Shown here: piece by piece, positions 1-13,722 of the stretch
Numbering within the stretch: the first letter of the stretch is position 1
Layout: each line of letters opens with the position of its first letter
DNA from: Catajapyx aquilonaris
Taxonomy: Eukaryota
Direction: 5' to 3'
Assembly: GCA_000934665.2 (NCBI GenBank)
Contig: JYFJ02002583.1
Location: 1 to 64,000, forward strand
DNA length: 64,000 nt
Notes under the pieces: generated by a model
What the model was told of the DNA's origin: nothing
Seen by the model: the letters and a program-made list of their open reading frames with translations, nothing else
The model's database searches: none
Made by a program: the position numbers and the translations under genes

Positions 1-195
1 GGCGGAACACGGGCATAGCGCCGAAGGCGCGCCAATTGGGGCGCAGCCCCAAGGGGGGGTGTGGGGGGGCGGAGCCCCCCCACCTCGCAAAGCGAGTAGC
101 TTAATAAATTAAGGTGGAACCAACAAAAGATAGGTATAATTAATAGTATTATTACAGCCAAATCGCAACCTAATGTAAACAAAACAGTAACTTAC

Positions 196-489
196 CAGGG
201 TAAAATTCATCCGGCTCCAAAACTTGCCCTATTATTCGGGTAGGAGCCTGAAAAAAATAGAAAAGAATCGTAGCAATTAGGGAGAGAAATAGGGAACTAA
301 GTCATTCATTCATTCGTGCCAATACCAACGAGTGTACAATACACAGTCATGTCGCACTCTCTATAGTATGAAAAGAATCAAACTTACTCTATTCGCCTGA
401 CTGCTACCGTGGACATTGATTAAGAGAATTAGAAGCAGAAGCAGTCCGGTCACTGCCCTTGATGAAACTGCCGCCATCATGGTCGCCAT
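196..489 (-). CDS. Secreted CUB-like/mucin family paralog A, 5' part only (exons 489-388 and 247-196; the rest lies beyond the window start)
   Basis: MATMMAAVSSRAVTGLLLLLILLINVHGSSQANR|APTRIIGQVLEPDEFYP; GT-AG boundaries; closely similar to exons 1-2 of paralog B (4666-4423). Confidence 0.8.
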
Positions 490-934
490 GATGCGAGCTG
501 ATGTTGCGGTTGTCTTGCCCTCGCTTTTTATTTTTGGATATGTGACGGCAAGTTGCTTCGACACCAAGATTCTATCACTGTTATACAATGAGGCTTTGCA
601 CCGCATTGCACCTCATTAGCTCACACCAACAGGAGTTGGGGGGGGGGGGGGGNGGGGGGGGAAACCTGAGCTACAGAATGATGCATCGTACGTATGTATT
701 AATTTAGGAAAACTGCACACGGCAGGATACGTAGGATTCTAATGGAGACAATGAGTGCCTTGGGGCATGTGCGTCACATGGGGATGGGCAGTGTTCGCTG
801 TGGTTTGACACGAAAGGGAGGGGCTGACGAGGTTACAAAATGACTGCAACGTAATCAAAATGATTGGGATTTTTTTGGCAGTTCTGAGAGCATTGAGGAA
901 AGCATGATAACTAGGAACTATATTACATAGGCCT

Positions 935-990
935 ACCGTTGTACAAATCAATTCATCATGTTCTGAACACTACTATTCGGGAACAGGCCT
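935..990 (-). pseudogene. Decayed extra copy of exon 2 of the CUB-like/mucin family
   Basis: aattcatc...tattcggg...gcctgaaaaaat...gcaattagg aligns with 204-280 and 4430-4480, but has indels and stops. Confidence 0.55.
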
Positions 991-2417
991 GAAAAAATGT
1001 GGCAATTAGGCTTACTACTTCCTTGCAACAAAGATTATAGCAGCTCAACTTTGAAAGATGTCCTTGCATAGCCGTAGTGTGCATCTGTAGACTACACCCA
1101 ACCTACGACAAGTAGGTTTGTCCCCTTTCGTCATGTAAATTATACAGTGTGATGGGGTGACGGTACGTCACAACAGTAAAACCAATATTTTTAAGATGTA
1201 GGATATCTCACATGATTTGACTTAAAGTGGCTGTTTCCAAATCTGCATAAGTTTATCCTGAGAATAGCAATTACATCTCTATTCAGTTTAATTTAAAAAA
1301 AATTGCAACATATTACACATTTAGGTATTCCATCATTAGTTTCATTACAGTACTGCCTGTATACGAGTATACTTCATACGCGTATACTGTATAATTATAT
1401 TAAGTTCTGCATCTGCATGCATGTGACCCTCGCAGTTTCTTGTATTGTCCTGAAATTATACTGGAAGCGACTACACGCAAATGGTTTCGACACAACAAAA
1501 TGTGTGCTTTTTCCGAAACCGGCTCAGTAAACTCACGAAATCACGAAATCACAAAATCACGAGTTGAAAGACACAATCATATTCTCCCGAAGGAAACCAC
1601 ACATGTGTCCTAATCCTATGGCGTACATAAATGTGTCATGATTCCATCCTGTCACACTTGTGTCATCTGACACATTTTGGAGTGTCTTTGCACAGAACAT
1701 AATTAAGACACGCACTGTGTCATATCACATATCACACAGTTCTGTAATTTGACAAAAAAAGCATTGATGAAATTTCCTGACACGTTTTGTCTTTTGTGCG
1801 TCATATCCCATACTTATACGTCGCTTACTTTTGTGTGTGCAAGGACAATCAAACATCAAAAATTCCTGTCCAAGAACGCCTGACGTCATAGGCCTACACA
1901 TAATTTCACAGGTTAAGTCGAGTATGGAACCAGTAACCAAATAATATAGGCGTACTCGGCTTTTTATGCCATGCCGGGGGTGTCGGCTATAATGCCCATA
2001 ACCTTTTCATTTGGACCACCCATATTAATTAGGACCTTGTTTGTGTTTTAATTGCCAGTACAAAAGGATTAGGAAATGCCACGTCACCACTGCTCTGGAT
2101 AAAGTTACATTGCTGAAATAATTACCTCTTGCAAGATTATACAGTAAGTATGGTATCCTGAGCTGTAGACTGGTATAATCTCCAGCGTTTGAGGTTAGTT
2201 ATGTACCGTCAAAATTAACAAACGTTAAAATAATGTTCGGTATAAGGTTTTATTTGTTTGCTTGATACTGTGCGTTTAGGCACCCTTCCTAGGTACGTTT
2301 TAATGCGGTACTTGTTTAATGTTGAAAGTATGGTACAGATGATCACATGTTAATATACAGTATTGGGATTTCAAGTCGTGCAGCAAAATATGAAGGCCTC
2401 TTATCCAGATAATAATA

Positions 2418-4666
2418 TCACCCAGCAGGTTTTGGTGTTGTCGTGGTAGCTTTTGTTGTTGCTGTTGTAGCCACTGTCGGTTTTGTTGTAGCCACTGTCG
2501 GTTTTGTTGTAGCCACCGTGGGTTTGGTGGTGGGTTTCGCTGTGACAGTAACGGTGTATGTCGGTGGTTCTTCTGTGCCATCGTACCCTAAACCGCAGTC
2601 TGTTCGCGGCATGTCGAGAGTGTCACCTGAAATGGTTGGATGTGAGTTACGAAGTATTAATCTCAGCAAATGGTAATGATGTACGTGGTATGTTACGCAT
2701 GCACTATGTACGGGTACTTCATTATTGCACGATGGCCTTAATTCCCATCATGTGCGGGTCTATGGAAATGCTGTTGTAGTCTAAGTTATGTTTGAAAACA
2801 CAATTAGTTGAATCCTGAAATCAATTTCATTCTCATTAATGATGCTAGGCATACCTGGTCTAATGCAAAATACGCGGCATATGAAGTCGTCGCTATCTTC
2901 TGGTGCACTTATGATAAGTTGACGTGACTTGAATCTAGTACCAACACATTCTCTGCAATAAAATGAAATAAAATATAGGTCTGCATATTGCTGCTTACTG
3001 AACGACATACAAGGACATGCACTAGCTCACTATCAATAATAATGTAAACAAACCCTTTCCTGTCTCCTCCAAGTGCTCTCAGGCATGTTCCTTTCTTCAA
3101 CTTGAGCTTTCCGCACGGACACTTCACGTGTATGAAACACTTTGCCTTCGGCTGAAATAAAAGTTCCACAAATACATATTACTTTTAGGTCAGGTGGCTT
3201 GTATACTTGTAGTATTAGCTCAAATAATTATTGTGGGGTTGATTATTGTGGGGTTTATTCAGTCTGGACAACGACGTTATTGGTCGACTCCGTTTACAAC
3301 GCATTTGATTTAAATTAATGAAGGCCTACTTGACTCGGCCCTAATCATGTACTTTGGCCTCATAAAATTATTTTCTTCATTCAGACTACGAGAATGGCCA
3401 TTTGTGTGACCCAGGACGGATGCGATGCTAGCGTTAACATGAAGACAGAAGACAAATTTGGCATGATGGTAGTAAGTTATGTGTATCGTATAATATTCGC
3501 TTTTGCCATGGTAAGGTCATATTTAATTTATGTTCGGGTAAGGGCAGGTAAAGCTTGATTGCTCATCATATTTTACCATTATTTGTACCACTTCTTATGG
3601 ACATTGTGTTTGGATTTGTCTTGACTCGTGACCAATAGTTTCGTTAACAATAGCAAAATTGTTTTCACCAGTAGCAATTAACATAGACGGAACAATGCCA
3701 GGAGATGAGGAGAATACAGAAGAGATTATGATTATACGTAGTTTGTGTAGGCTACTCATGCAATGAAGGCTGCTCGTCATTAATATTGCTGACAGAAATC
3801 TTGCCTATCAATCTCTCCATCAATTTCCCCTTTCAGTCTGAGTGGGATGTGACAAATGCTTTCAGTGAATAATGAAACCCTGGGTAACTGACTTCATGCA
3901 ACAAGCGTGATTTATGCTTATAGTTTAAAGTTTAAAATGATCATATTCGGATTTTGCTGAAATTCTTACCATAAGTTTGAATGTCCATGTCTGCACCATT
4001 CCATCTCCTCCTCCACCGATAATACTGCAGAGCGATCCACGTTTCAAGTTGTAAATTCCAGGCTGAAGTTCTAGAATACAATTAATAGCTCGTGATCATT
4101 TATATGCCAATATACTATTATGGATGCTCATTATCATTTGAAGTAAGTTACAGTAGGGCTAAGCTAACGTAAGGGTTTCGGCCTCATTTACATCAGAATA
4201 CAGTATGTACAGTATACAGTAGTTCATGTAAAACCTCTCAATAGCTCATTTTTACGGTATCTAGGACCATTTTCTGATTATCCGGAGACACCCGGACAAT
4301 CGGGAGTACAGTGTATAACTGGAAATGACTTAACTTAATTACGTTGGTGTCAAGAAAGAGAGGTCTTATTAGTGGTTATTACAGTCAGTTCGCAATCTAA
4401 TGCAAACAAAACAGTAACTTACCGGGGTAAAATTCCTCTGTGTCCAAAACCTGCCCTATTATTCTTGTAGGAGCCTGAAAAATGGAGAATAATCATACCA
4501 CAATGCGTAAAATATTTTTATACCAAGTACTTTGAAATAGGACTAACTCAATACGTACTCTTTTGGCCTGACTGCTGACGTAGACATTAATTAGGAGAAT
4601 TAGAAGCAGAAGCGGTGCGGTGACTTCCCCTGATGAAGAGGCGGCCATCCTCATCATGGTCGCCAT
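2418..4666 (-). CDS. Secreted Cys-rich (CUB-like) + Thr-rich mucin-tail protein, paralog B, 221 aa; exons 4666-4559, 4474-4423, 4070-3970, 3151-3054, 2952-2855, 2626-2418
   Basis: All introns GT-AG with compatible phases (0,1,0,2,1), 666 nt in total; hydrophobic signal peptide; domain ELQPGIYNL..WTFKL..KCFIHVKCPCG..FICRVFC..PRTDCG; (TTKPTVA)n tail. Confidence 0.8.
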
Positions 4667-6419
4667 GATGGGTGCTGATGTTGCGGTTGCCTTGCCCTCA
4701 CTTTTTATTTTGCCACAGGTGACTCACGAACAGCAAGTCCCTTCGACAGCAAGATTCTATCACTGTTACACAATGTATCCTGCCAAAGTACCAGCAGGTA
4801 TGATGTGTAACACCGAGAGTCTTCCTTGTCTTTCATGCGATTAAACGTTTCACATTGGCTGATGGGCAAGGCATTGCATCTCATTAGGTCACACTAACAT
4901 GAGTTGGCTCGGGGTGAATTTCAGCGACAGGATGAGATATCATATATGTGTTAATTTTGGAAAACTTATCACGGCAGGATACGTAGGATCCTAATGGAGA
5001 CAATGTGGCTTGGGATATGTGCGTCACTTGTGGATGAGCATGTGGTTTGGCACCAGGCCATAAGGCACGAAGTAGGAGCTGGCGTGGTCACGAAATTCCT
5101 GCAAAGTCATCAAATTGTACATTTGTAGATTATACTTTCACTCCGACAATTAGGGTTGTCTCTTTTCCACGTGTAAATTATAATACAGTATTAAAATGGG
5201 AATATGTAGGATATCGCAAATACCGGCATCAGTTCCGTTTCAAAATCGCCATAAGCTTATAAATAACTCCGATTACGAATACATGCTCTCACAGTGGCAG
5301 TTACCTCTCTAGTCAGTAAACCTTATAATTGCTTTCCACTTGGCAACAATATTACATATTACACATTAGGTATTGCGTTAGTCGAGTACATTATAAGTCT
5401 AAGTTACATCTGCGTGCGTGTGACCCTCACAGTGTCGGTATCTACTGGGATTGTCCTGGAAGCGACTACACACCAAAGGTTTTGTCACAACAAAAATGTG
5501 TGATTTTTTTTACGAAACCGGCACGGTAAAATGTACACGACACGAAAAATTAATACGAGTTGAAAGACACGCATTCTGCCGCAGAAAACCACACATGACA
5601 TGTATCATAATTCATACCATAATATGTATCATCCTTCTCCGCATGTGTCACTTGACACGGTTTGGCATGTCTTTACACAAAGCAGCATTAGGAGTAGGAC
5701 ATGTTACAGTCATGTATCATAATTACGACAGTATAGTTCTGTATCGAAAGTGTGTCTCTGTTTTGTGCTGTGTACACCGTACAGTACAAGGACAATCACA
5801 GGAAAAAAAAACATTCAGGACGATAGTCACCGAGATTCGAACTTCCCAAATTACAACCTGAATGTGTACCCAAGTATAGGCCTATGACTTTTTATTTATT
5901 GTCCATCATGCTACCAATGAAATTCTTTTCCACGTATGCACACTCTTCTCTTGTATTTCTAGGACTCTCAGATCAAAATTAATGCACTGGAATTTCTCAG
6001 TCTTGCAACATTTGCCAGTTTACGTAATACCACGTACCAAGACCACTCAAACTCAATAATCAGCTGTTACTGTAATATCTTTCCTTGAATTATATACTGT
6101 ACCACTATATCCATCCTTCATTGTCCTGTATACCTATATGCGTTGCAGTGCCTGTACAGTACCTATCGACAACCCTGAACCCACTACACATGTGACACTC
6201 ATATTCAATCACTCTAGACGCGAACTTAGGCCAACTTTCTGGACCTGACTACTCAAGTGGACATTGGTCAAGCCAGCTAGTAATCCAATGACTACCCTTG
6301 ATGAAGATGTTTTCATCCCAGCAACCATGATTCAGGTTACTCTTGATTAGCGCTGAATTTTTATTCCACAAAATGTGACCCACCATGTTGTGCCGGTAGC
6401 GCACCATCAGTTATGTCAC

Positions 6420-6800
6420 CTGTTATACAGTGTATCCTGCCAACGTTAACGTTCCAGCAGGTACTGTATGTCGTGTGCCGAGGTTCTTCCTCCTCCTCCT
6501 CCTCCTTCGTGCTTCATAGGAATTTCACCACATCGGCCGATTGACCAGGAAATGTGACACATTACGCCATACCAACAGGAGTAAGAGGGGAAATTTTAGC
6601 GACAGAGTGGAACATATTTTGTTAATTTGGGAAAGCCATGCACGACAGGAATACCGAATCCTTGGCTTTCCTGATAGAAACAATGGAGCTGCAGCTTTCA
6701 GCGTGTTTTGACACCCGGTGGACAAGGCACGAAAGAGGTAGAAGGGCTGTCCCTGGCATTGTTAGTCTGTCACGAAATTACGGAAAAGTAATCAAGGTTG
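6420..6800 (-). repeat. Third, orphan copy of the upstream (promoter-side) region of the family
   Basis: tgtatcctgccaa..ccagcaggta matches 4771-4800; ttaattt.ggaaa..cacg.cagga matches 699-729 and 4950-4980; no coding exon follows. Confidence 0.5.
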
Positions 6801-8378
6801 TGGATTTTACTCATGACGCAGTCCCCCCTCTCCATTTGTCAGGAGGTTCTTCATACTGTATGTTGGTTTCCTAAACCCCAGGGGTCGCTTAGGGGTCGCA
6901 TCAAAGGAAGCTACTGTATACATGACTGTCATCGACACTTATCATTCTTTAAAAGTTAACATTTAAATGGCAGAGGGAGAGAAGCTGCATATTGAGGTGA
7001 CCGACACTGGGTCATAACCCACCTAATTATGCCCTGGCATCAGATTTATGGGGTTGTCATTATCTTTCAAAATTATGAGGACATAAGTGCAAAATCTGTC
7101 TTGAAGGAAACAGTACTGTACACTTGCATTACCAGCCTATACGTACAGTATGTGAGATGTCTGAAAGTAAAACATTTGCATGGATTGTTTTCTGAAGGTG
7201 TGAACTCCCCCTCGGACTTTGCCGCATTCCAAGTCGAAATTACCATTGATTTCGTCCGAAATAATATAATTTTATTGTTTATTACAGCAGGCTTGTTATA
7301 GCATAAGTACAGTACATAACAGTCTACATGACCGCATAGAAAATTTGGGCTCATAGTGGGTATGGAGTGGATTAACTTAATGGCTCTTTTATTCATAATT
7401 TATTATGTATGAAGAAGTGCTGTCACATGATAATCTGTGAATGACTCGTGGCCTAACAATCATGCCAGCATTAATTTTCTATACCAATCTATGCGCAGTA
7501 TTTGAGAGACATAAGACTATTCGAGAAGGAGGTTTGCCCTAAATCTTTTTTGCTGTTCACATCACTGTATTATGTTTCATACGCACTTGAAGCGAGCAGG
7601 GAAAAAAGAGTAATGGGTAATGCTGTAGTTCTAATACAATATTCGACAGTATAGATCCAGCCTCAGTTTGAAAATCGATATTGGATCATGTATAGTGCGT
7701 ATGATTTCAATTGCGCAATTATTTAAAACCCTGCCTAAAACCTCATTTAGATCTTTGCCTAATTATGTGGAACCCTAGAGAGGAACCTAGAGAACGATAA
7801 ATATCATAATACCAGCCACTTGAAGATAACTTATATTATTGCTATCTGAGATCAAGAAAGTATACCCGTACTGCCTGAGTACTGCTGATTCAGGAATTAA
7901 CAGCCTCGGTTATAACAGACTCTCCGTAATACACAGCACACTGATTTCTGAGGTGCCAGACGTACGTTATATCCGGAGTCTACTGCAATGCGAAATACTG
8001 CGTATTGTCCAATTAGAGCTCTATTCGCTGTAATTTTTCCTTAAGCAAGTTTGAAACTGCTAAGAAGCCCAAATGGTTGAGCAAACAGTGTGACTGGTTG
8101 AAAAAGAAATATCCAACTGTGTAGGCTATATTGCATCATGATAAATCACATTCTCATCTGACGTATACAGTATAATAATATTATGATATGTCTCAGACTC
8201 TCAGGTACAATGCATCTGTGGAAAATACGATATTAATACGAATTTGCTTGCTCTATTTTTTGAAACAAATACTGCATATTACACACAGGTGATGAACAGT
8301 ATAATTATTATAATACGAGGATGGCCCATGCATTATATGCTACGGTATGTAGTTTATTCTTCCTAGATAGTTGCATTT

Positions 8379-11300
8379 TTATTTCCATTTCTTTCTTGTC
8401 TTCTTATTAGTAGATGGTGTTGTCGCTTTTTTGGTGGGCTTTGTAGTAGCTGCTGTCGCTTTAGTAGTTGGCTTTGTCGTAGCTTCTGACGCTTTAGTAG
8501 TGGGCTTTGTCGTAGCTGCTGTCGCTTTAGTAGTGGGCTTTGTCGTAGCTGCTGTCGCTTTAGTAGTGGGCTTTGTCGTAGCTGCTGTCGCTTTAGTGGT
8601 AGGCTTTGTTGTTGCTTTAGTGGTGGGTTTTGTTGTTGCTTTAGTAGTGGGCTTTGTCGTAGCTGCTGTCGCTTTAGTGGTGGGCTTTGTTGTTGCTTTC
8701 GTAGTGGGCTTTGTTGTTGCTTTAGTAGTACTTTTTGTTGTACCTGTTGTGGCTTTAGCAGTAGATTTTGTTGTACCTAGTGGGCCGTTGAAGAGTCCTG
8801 CGGTGCAGTCAACACGTGGGACTTCCATAATTCTACCTGTAACAAATTCTACTGTAATGTATGAACAGTATGGAGCCTTCCTATTCGAAGCAATTCAGCA
8901 TTTTTATCAGTTCACATAACAGACCAGATTGTAGAAAAATGAAGTTGGCTTTTATTTGATTAATTATTTATTAGTAACATCGGCCATATCAGGCACAAGT
9001 TTGACCAAGTAGCGACCAGAAACTTTCATGATCCGTTTTTTACATGCTACATGGTCAGTTTTCTTTCGAAAACTCCTTGCCCCCGTAAAAGGCTAGCTTA
9101 GTCTAACAGTCACTTCCTATAGTCCTATACAGTCCTTTACAGTGTGTGCTACAGGCCTCTGCCAAAGAAAGTCTACCATAAATGTATACTTGGCCTTATG
9201 CAACCCTCAGTACTCTATCAAGGTGAAGGTGATTTTTTCCCAAACCTTGACCATGATGTAGTGCTAGAGTGCTGATGGTTGTATGGGGCCAGGATATTAT
9301 TGTTGGAAACTTTATAGTACAGATGTAGGTCTTGGATTCGGTAAATAGGTGAGGAGCATGATTTAAAAAAAAATAACTCAAACTACAAGTCCGGTATGCA
9401 TAACTGCGTGACGCCTCTGCCCTTGACGTGCAACACATCAAATAAAACAAGTAGGAAACTTTACGTAAAATAACACAAGCGTGAGTGTAGTACCTGATTA
9501 ATTGAACTGGGTGTTTCATAACGCGTCCAACAAACCTCTGGGGAAATCCTGGACACCATGACTTTATGTAGATGTGCCGTTTGGTCTCCACAGCCTGGTA
9601 CCAAGCTAATGGACAATTATTATCATGTAGTAAACTGTAAAGAATATCCTGGCGGGGACCACCCTCAAAACAAAACCCTTGAAGTTTGTCGGCCCAGTTA
9701 TGAAGCACTCTGCATAGATAGGACCAGACACAACATGCTTGGCCTACGCCCTACTGAATCGATATAGATATTGATTACTGAGACTATGTCCTGACACGAA
9801 TGATACGTTGCTATTGTTGGCTTATCTACTGCTGTATAGGAACATCCACATATCCAATAATGCTACGACACAATGCTTTGAAAATTTACTCAAGGATGTC
9901 CAACCATTGGGGGACTTGTCACTCTTTTTTTTTTCACTAACACTCTCACTCTGTCTTGCATATACACAAATACATCTGCCACATCAATAAAAAACGTAAT
10001 TTTATACACATCTATTCAGCGGGAAAGTATCTTCAGCTGTCAAAAGCAATTGTGCTGTGCTGATGGATTCTTCTACCCTGGTCTTACTCTAAAGCGAAAA
10101 GTGAACTTCCACCTACGTATAGTGACGTTAGAATTACTGGAGAGAGCGATACCTGGAGGAAGGCAAAACACGCGGCAGACGAAAGCGTAGTTATTTGCTA
10201 CGTTGATGTTCAACTGCCGCGATCGAGTAAATATTATGCTGCTGCACTGGCTGAAATGAAAGAAAATTATATTATTTACAAACAGGTTGGCGTACATCTG
10301 AAATTCGACGTAGGTTAAACTGCAATTAATATATGCAAAAAATCAAGCTCTTTGTGGATCTTCATGTCTTGTGCAATTTTGTAAAGTTATCTTGTGGTCA
10401 GTGCTATTTTAGTGATGGTCTCTATAACATTTTTTCTGATTAGTGATTAAACCAATCCGAGACGTACATCAGCAAATACAGGGCATTTCATCATGTAACG
10501 TACGTTACTAAATTAGGCAAACTTCTGTGGACCAGAAAATCACGGTTGTGTAGACGTATCACTTGCTCTCCGCAGATAATGAGAATTAATCAGAATTAAC
10601 TATTATACTCACTTAAATTTTCAGGTGCTCTTACTTCAGTGTGCCATTATTATTTTAAATAACCTCCTGACGCCCAGAATATTTTTTAAATATTTTTTAA
10701 ATTTTTAAATTTTTTTTAAAAAAATATTTTTTTCTAAAAATATTTTTGTCAAAAATTTTAAAACCCAATGGCTAGAGGGCTGTACGCTGGGCGTCAGGAG
10801 GATAATTAGTCTACACTTGAACAGACCACTGCTGATGATTCATTTCACACAGCACAAAATAAGGTATAATTATCTGATCATGTTCTGATCACGAACCGTG
10901 TGAATGTCCCCGATGTCGGACAAATACCTAGGTGGTAATTATAACATGAAGTGATACGACTCCATTTCAAAAAGGATAACAGAAGGCAATAACAATCAGG
11001 GTATTTTTGTGATCATAGGATTTTCCAAGGGCGTGATGGGAGAGGGATCGACCGATCGCCATACATGACGTAATATCCTACCCTTTTCTTGGCCCAGCCA
11101 GTATCCTTTGGCAAAATCCGTTTCTAAATCGGACACGACCGCAGGGACAATTGACCCTCAGTTGGCATCTTTGGCCTTGCTGTGAATTGAACGGACCAGC
11201 GCAGAAAGTGTCCAAAGTTGATTACGTTCTGTATTTCAAGAATCACATGCAGAATGGTGAGTGGCTTACCACAATTCTGAATGACCACCTCCGAGGTCGT

Positions 11301-11556
11301 GGTAGTGCAGCAGCAGCCCCAGCAGCCCTCGTCTTCCCGGGTTTGATTCGACGCCTACCAATGATGCTGGCGGCGGATCCAGCGAGCATGTTGTACACTC
11401 CAGGAGCCACTTCTGGAAATTCAGTACACTGAATTACTATACGTCAGGCAATGAAGGATGAGGAAGAGAAGCATATGTGCAATTGAAAGAAAACCCGATA
11501 TTGTCCCAAATATTGATATTACGTCTGACACTCCTTCGGGAAAATATTAGTTAGGT

Positions 11557-11599
<43 letters not shown>

Positions 11600-12786
11600 G
11601 TGGGAATTTAAAGAGAATGTGAAGTGCAAGTGTGTAGTTAATGTGGCTGTGTTCCCTTTGTGCAACTTCCTGTGGATGGGCCGCAAAAATGTTTACATAG
11701 AGTCCTTGAGAATCGTTCTTATGTCACTCGGATTATGGTCAAATAGTACATGTTACGAATCACTCTTTGTATGCAATGTAATGAAATGCAGATTCCGTCC
11801 ACATCCTCATATACTACTTGCCCATCCAATGATCGCTAATATTGCAGCAATTGAATTATTGTAATGTTTTATTTCAGCAGAAGTTACCATTTGCCCTTAT
11901 CTCATCAGTCATCACCTTAGAATTCGAAGATATTGAGCTTATTGTTGTGTGTTGGATTCAAAATAATAAGCAAATTGGACACAATAGAAAATTTCCTATT
12001 GACTAAGTAGTTCTAGTTAACCTGTATGGTAAAATGATTTACGCAGTTCCTTGTCTCAGCTTGGTGGTGTGACCCATCAAGGAAGGTGCGCTAAAATGCA
12101 TTTGGTCTGATGCATGAGTGTTGTTGCCATTATGATGAATGATAATAGAGTAGAGATGACAGGGTTGCGTGTATTAAGAAGTGTCGTAATTTTTAAACAG
12201 GATATTGACTAGGCGTTTTTATTATTTATTAAAGCATGATGGTGATGCAATTCGAGAATTTATGCTTGGGCGTACAGCACGTACCAAACAATATTATTAA
12301 GTTGGTTTCATAGCTGCATTTAATGAGTGAACAATTCGGGGAACTCGTAATAATTGTCGTCGTCTATCCTAGTCATGCATGGCAAGTTATGTAAGTTGAC
12401 CTGTGGGAAATGCTTATAATACACAAGGGAGTAGCTTAATAACTGTGCAGTGAACAACTTCAATAATTAATAAGTAAACTGATATCTTACCCCTATAAAA
12501 TCGATTCGGTCGCAGTATTTTCGCATTCTGTGGTTTCTGTGTCGGTTTTTGTGCCTGAAAGAACAAAATGGGACACCTGGTACCATAGCGAATACATTGT
12601 AGTCTGGAATGACATTGAACCTCGTTCAACCGGAAATTGGAAGATATTAGTCATTAACTAATACACTGATAATAATGATCCACTTACTGCTTGAGGGATG
12701 GTGAATTGTGTGTTTAAGAAGAAGGAGAGAAGAACGACGGCAACAACAAATGCTGGTGATGGAATCTTAAAAATGTCAACTGCCAT
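8379..12786 (-). CDS. Secreted Cys-rich (CUB-like) + Thr/Lys-rich mucin-tail protein, paralog C, 319 aa; exons 12786-12688, 12554-12491, 11412-11270, 11179-11082, 10250-10153, 8836-8379
   Basis: Same six-exon structure and phases as paralog B, including two 98-nt exons; MAVDIFKIPSPAFVVAVVLLSFFL signal peptide; RCQLRVNCPCG, FVCRVFC, PRVDC; (TTKPTTKA[TAA])n tail ending KKTRKKWK. Confidence 0.82.
10663..10801. mobile_element. Small MITE, piggyBac-like ends
   Basis: 15-bp TIR CCTCCTGACGCCCAG; ATAA on both flanks (TTAA-like TSD); AT-rich interior. Confidence 0.65.
11557..11598. repeat. (AAC)14 microsatellite
   Basis: Direct reading. Confidence 0.95.
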
Positions 12787-13722
12787 GACCAGCCATCGCC
12801 AGGCACTCAGTGGCGCTTATCCTGCGCTCAGGGAAAATATTATATCCTCACGTGCAAAAGGCTCTCTTTTCCACGCACAGTATTGTAAATCGCTTCCTGT
12901 TATGTGGAATTTTTTCTAAGGTTCCTGGGTTTAGAAGCCATGCGCTCTCGTTTGGTGAATAAGTTGACGCACTACATGAGCAATTATTGAAAATGCCGGT
13001 TGAATATTTCTTAACATAGACCTGTTATTAAAGTGTGAAATTACATATTGCAGGATTCAATTCAATGATTTTATTCAACAGCAGAAGGCCATAAATGACG
13101 CATGATCAGTGTGTCTTGCGTTATGACGATTTAATGTAAACGTGACATGCTTTCTATAGAGTTTTGCATGTGAAAGGAGCAATAAATTTACCCACAATCA
13201 AGGGAATAACTTAATTGCTCTTAATGAAAACCCTCCTTCAAAAATGGTAACGAACCAGCAATAAATTGTGCAGTCAATTCTGAAAATTTATTAGACCCTG
13301 TCTAATTAATAATTCATGAACCTGTCAGTCTCATGACCTTTACTTCCAGTACACCGACGTCACATACAACCGAAACAATAAAGGAGGATTGGTTTTGACA
13401 ATAATGACAAAAATGTCACGTCAGGAAAGAGGATGCAAGTACCATTATCCATTCGGCACGAAAGGGGAACATTTATCACTGTCATGTCATGGCCTTGAAA
13501 GGGCACTCAAATAAACACACTTGGCTATACTCTTTATGTAATAAGTAAATGCGACATCGTGAGATTTAGCATCATCGACACGACAGTTCTTTTTCTCAAG
13601 CAAGATATGTATAGCACGGAAATCTACTTGCTTTAGCCAATACAGTCCCGACCAAGAGACCGCGTGCAGCAGCTAATGGTAGATTAGCACACTTTGGCCA
13701 GATATAGTCTGGATAAGCAGTG

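Noticed and set aside
8371..8919. 182-aa Val/Ala-rich plus-strand ORF (also 2443-2676) that looks multi-pass membrane
   Set aside because: Antisense shadow of the TTKP mucin exon; the minus strand has the splice-supported gene
9500..9770. Coding-looking stretch in an intron of paralog C
   Set aside because: Multiple stops and no recognisable motif; perhaps a TE relic but not supportable
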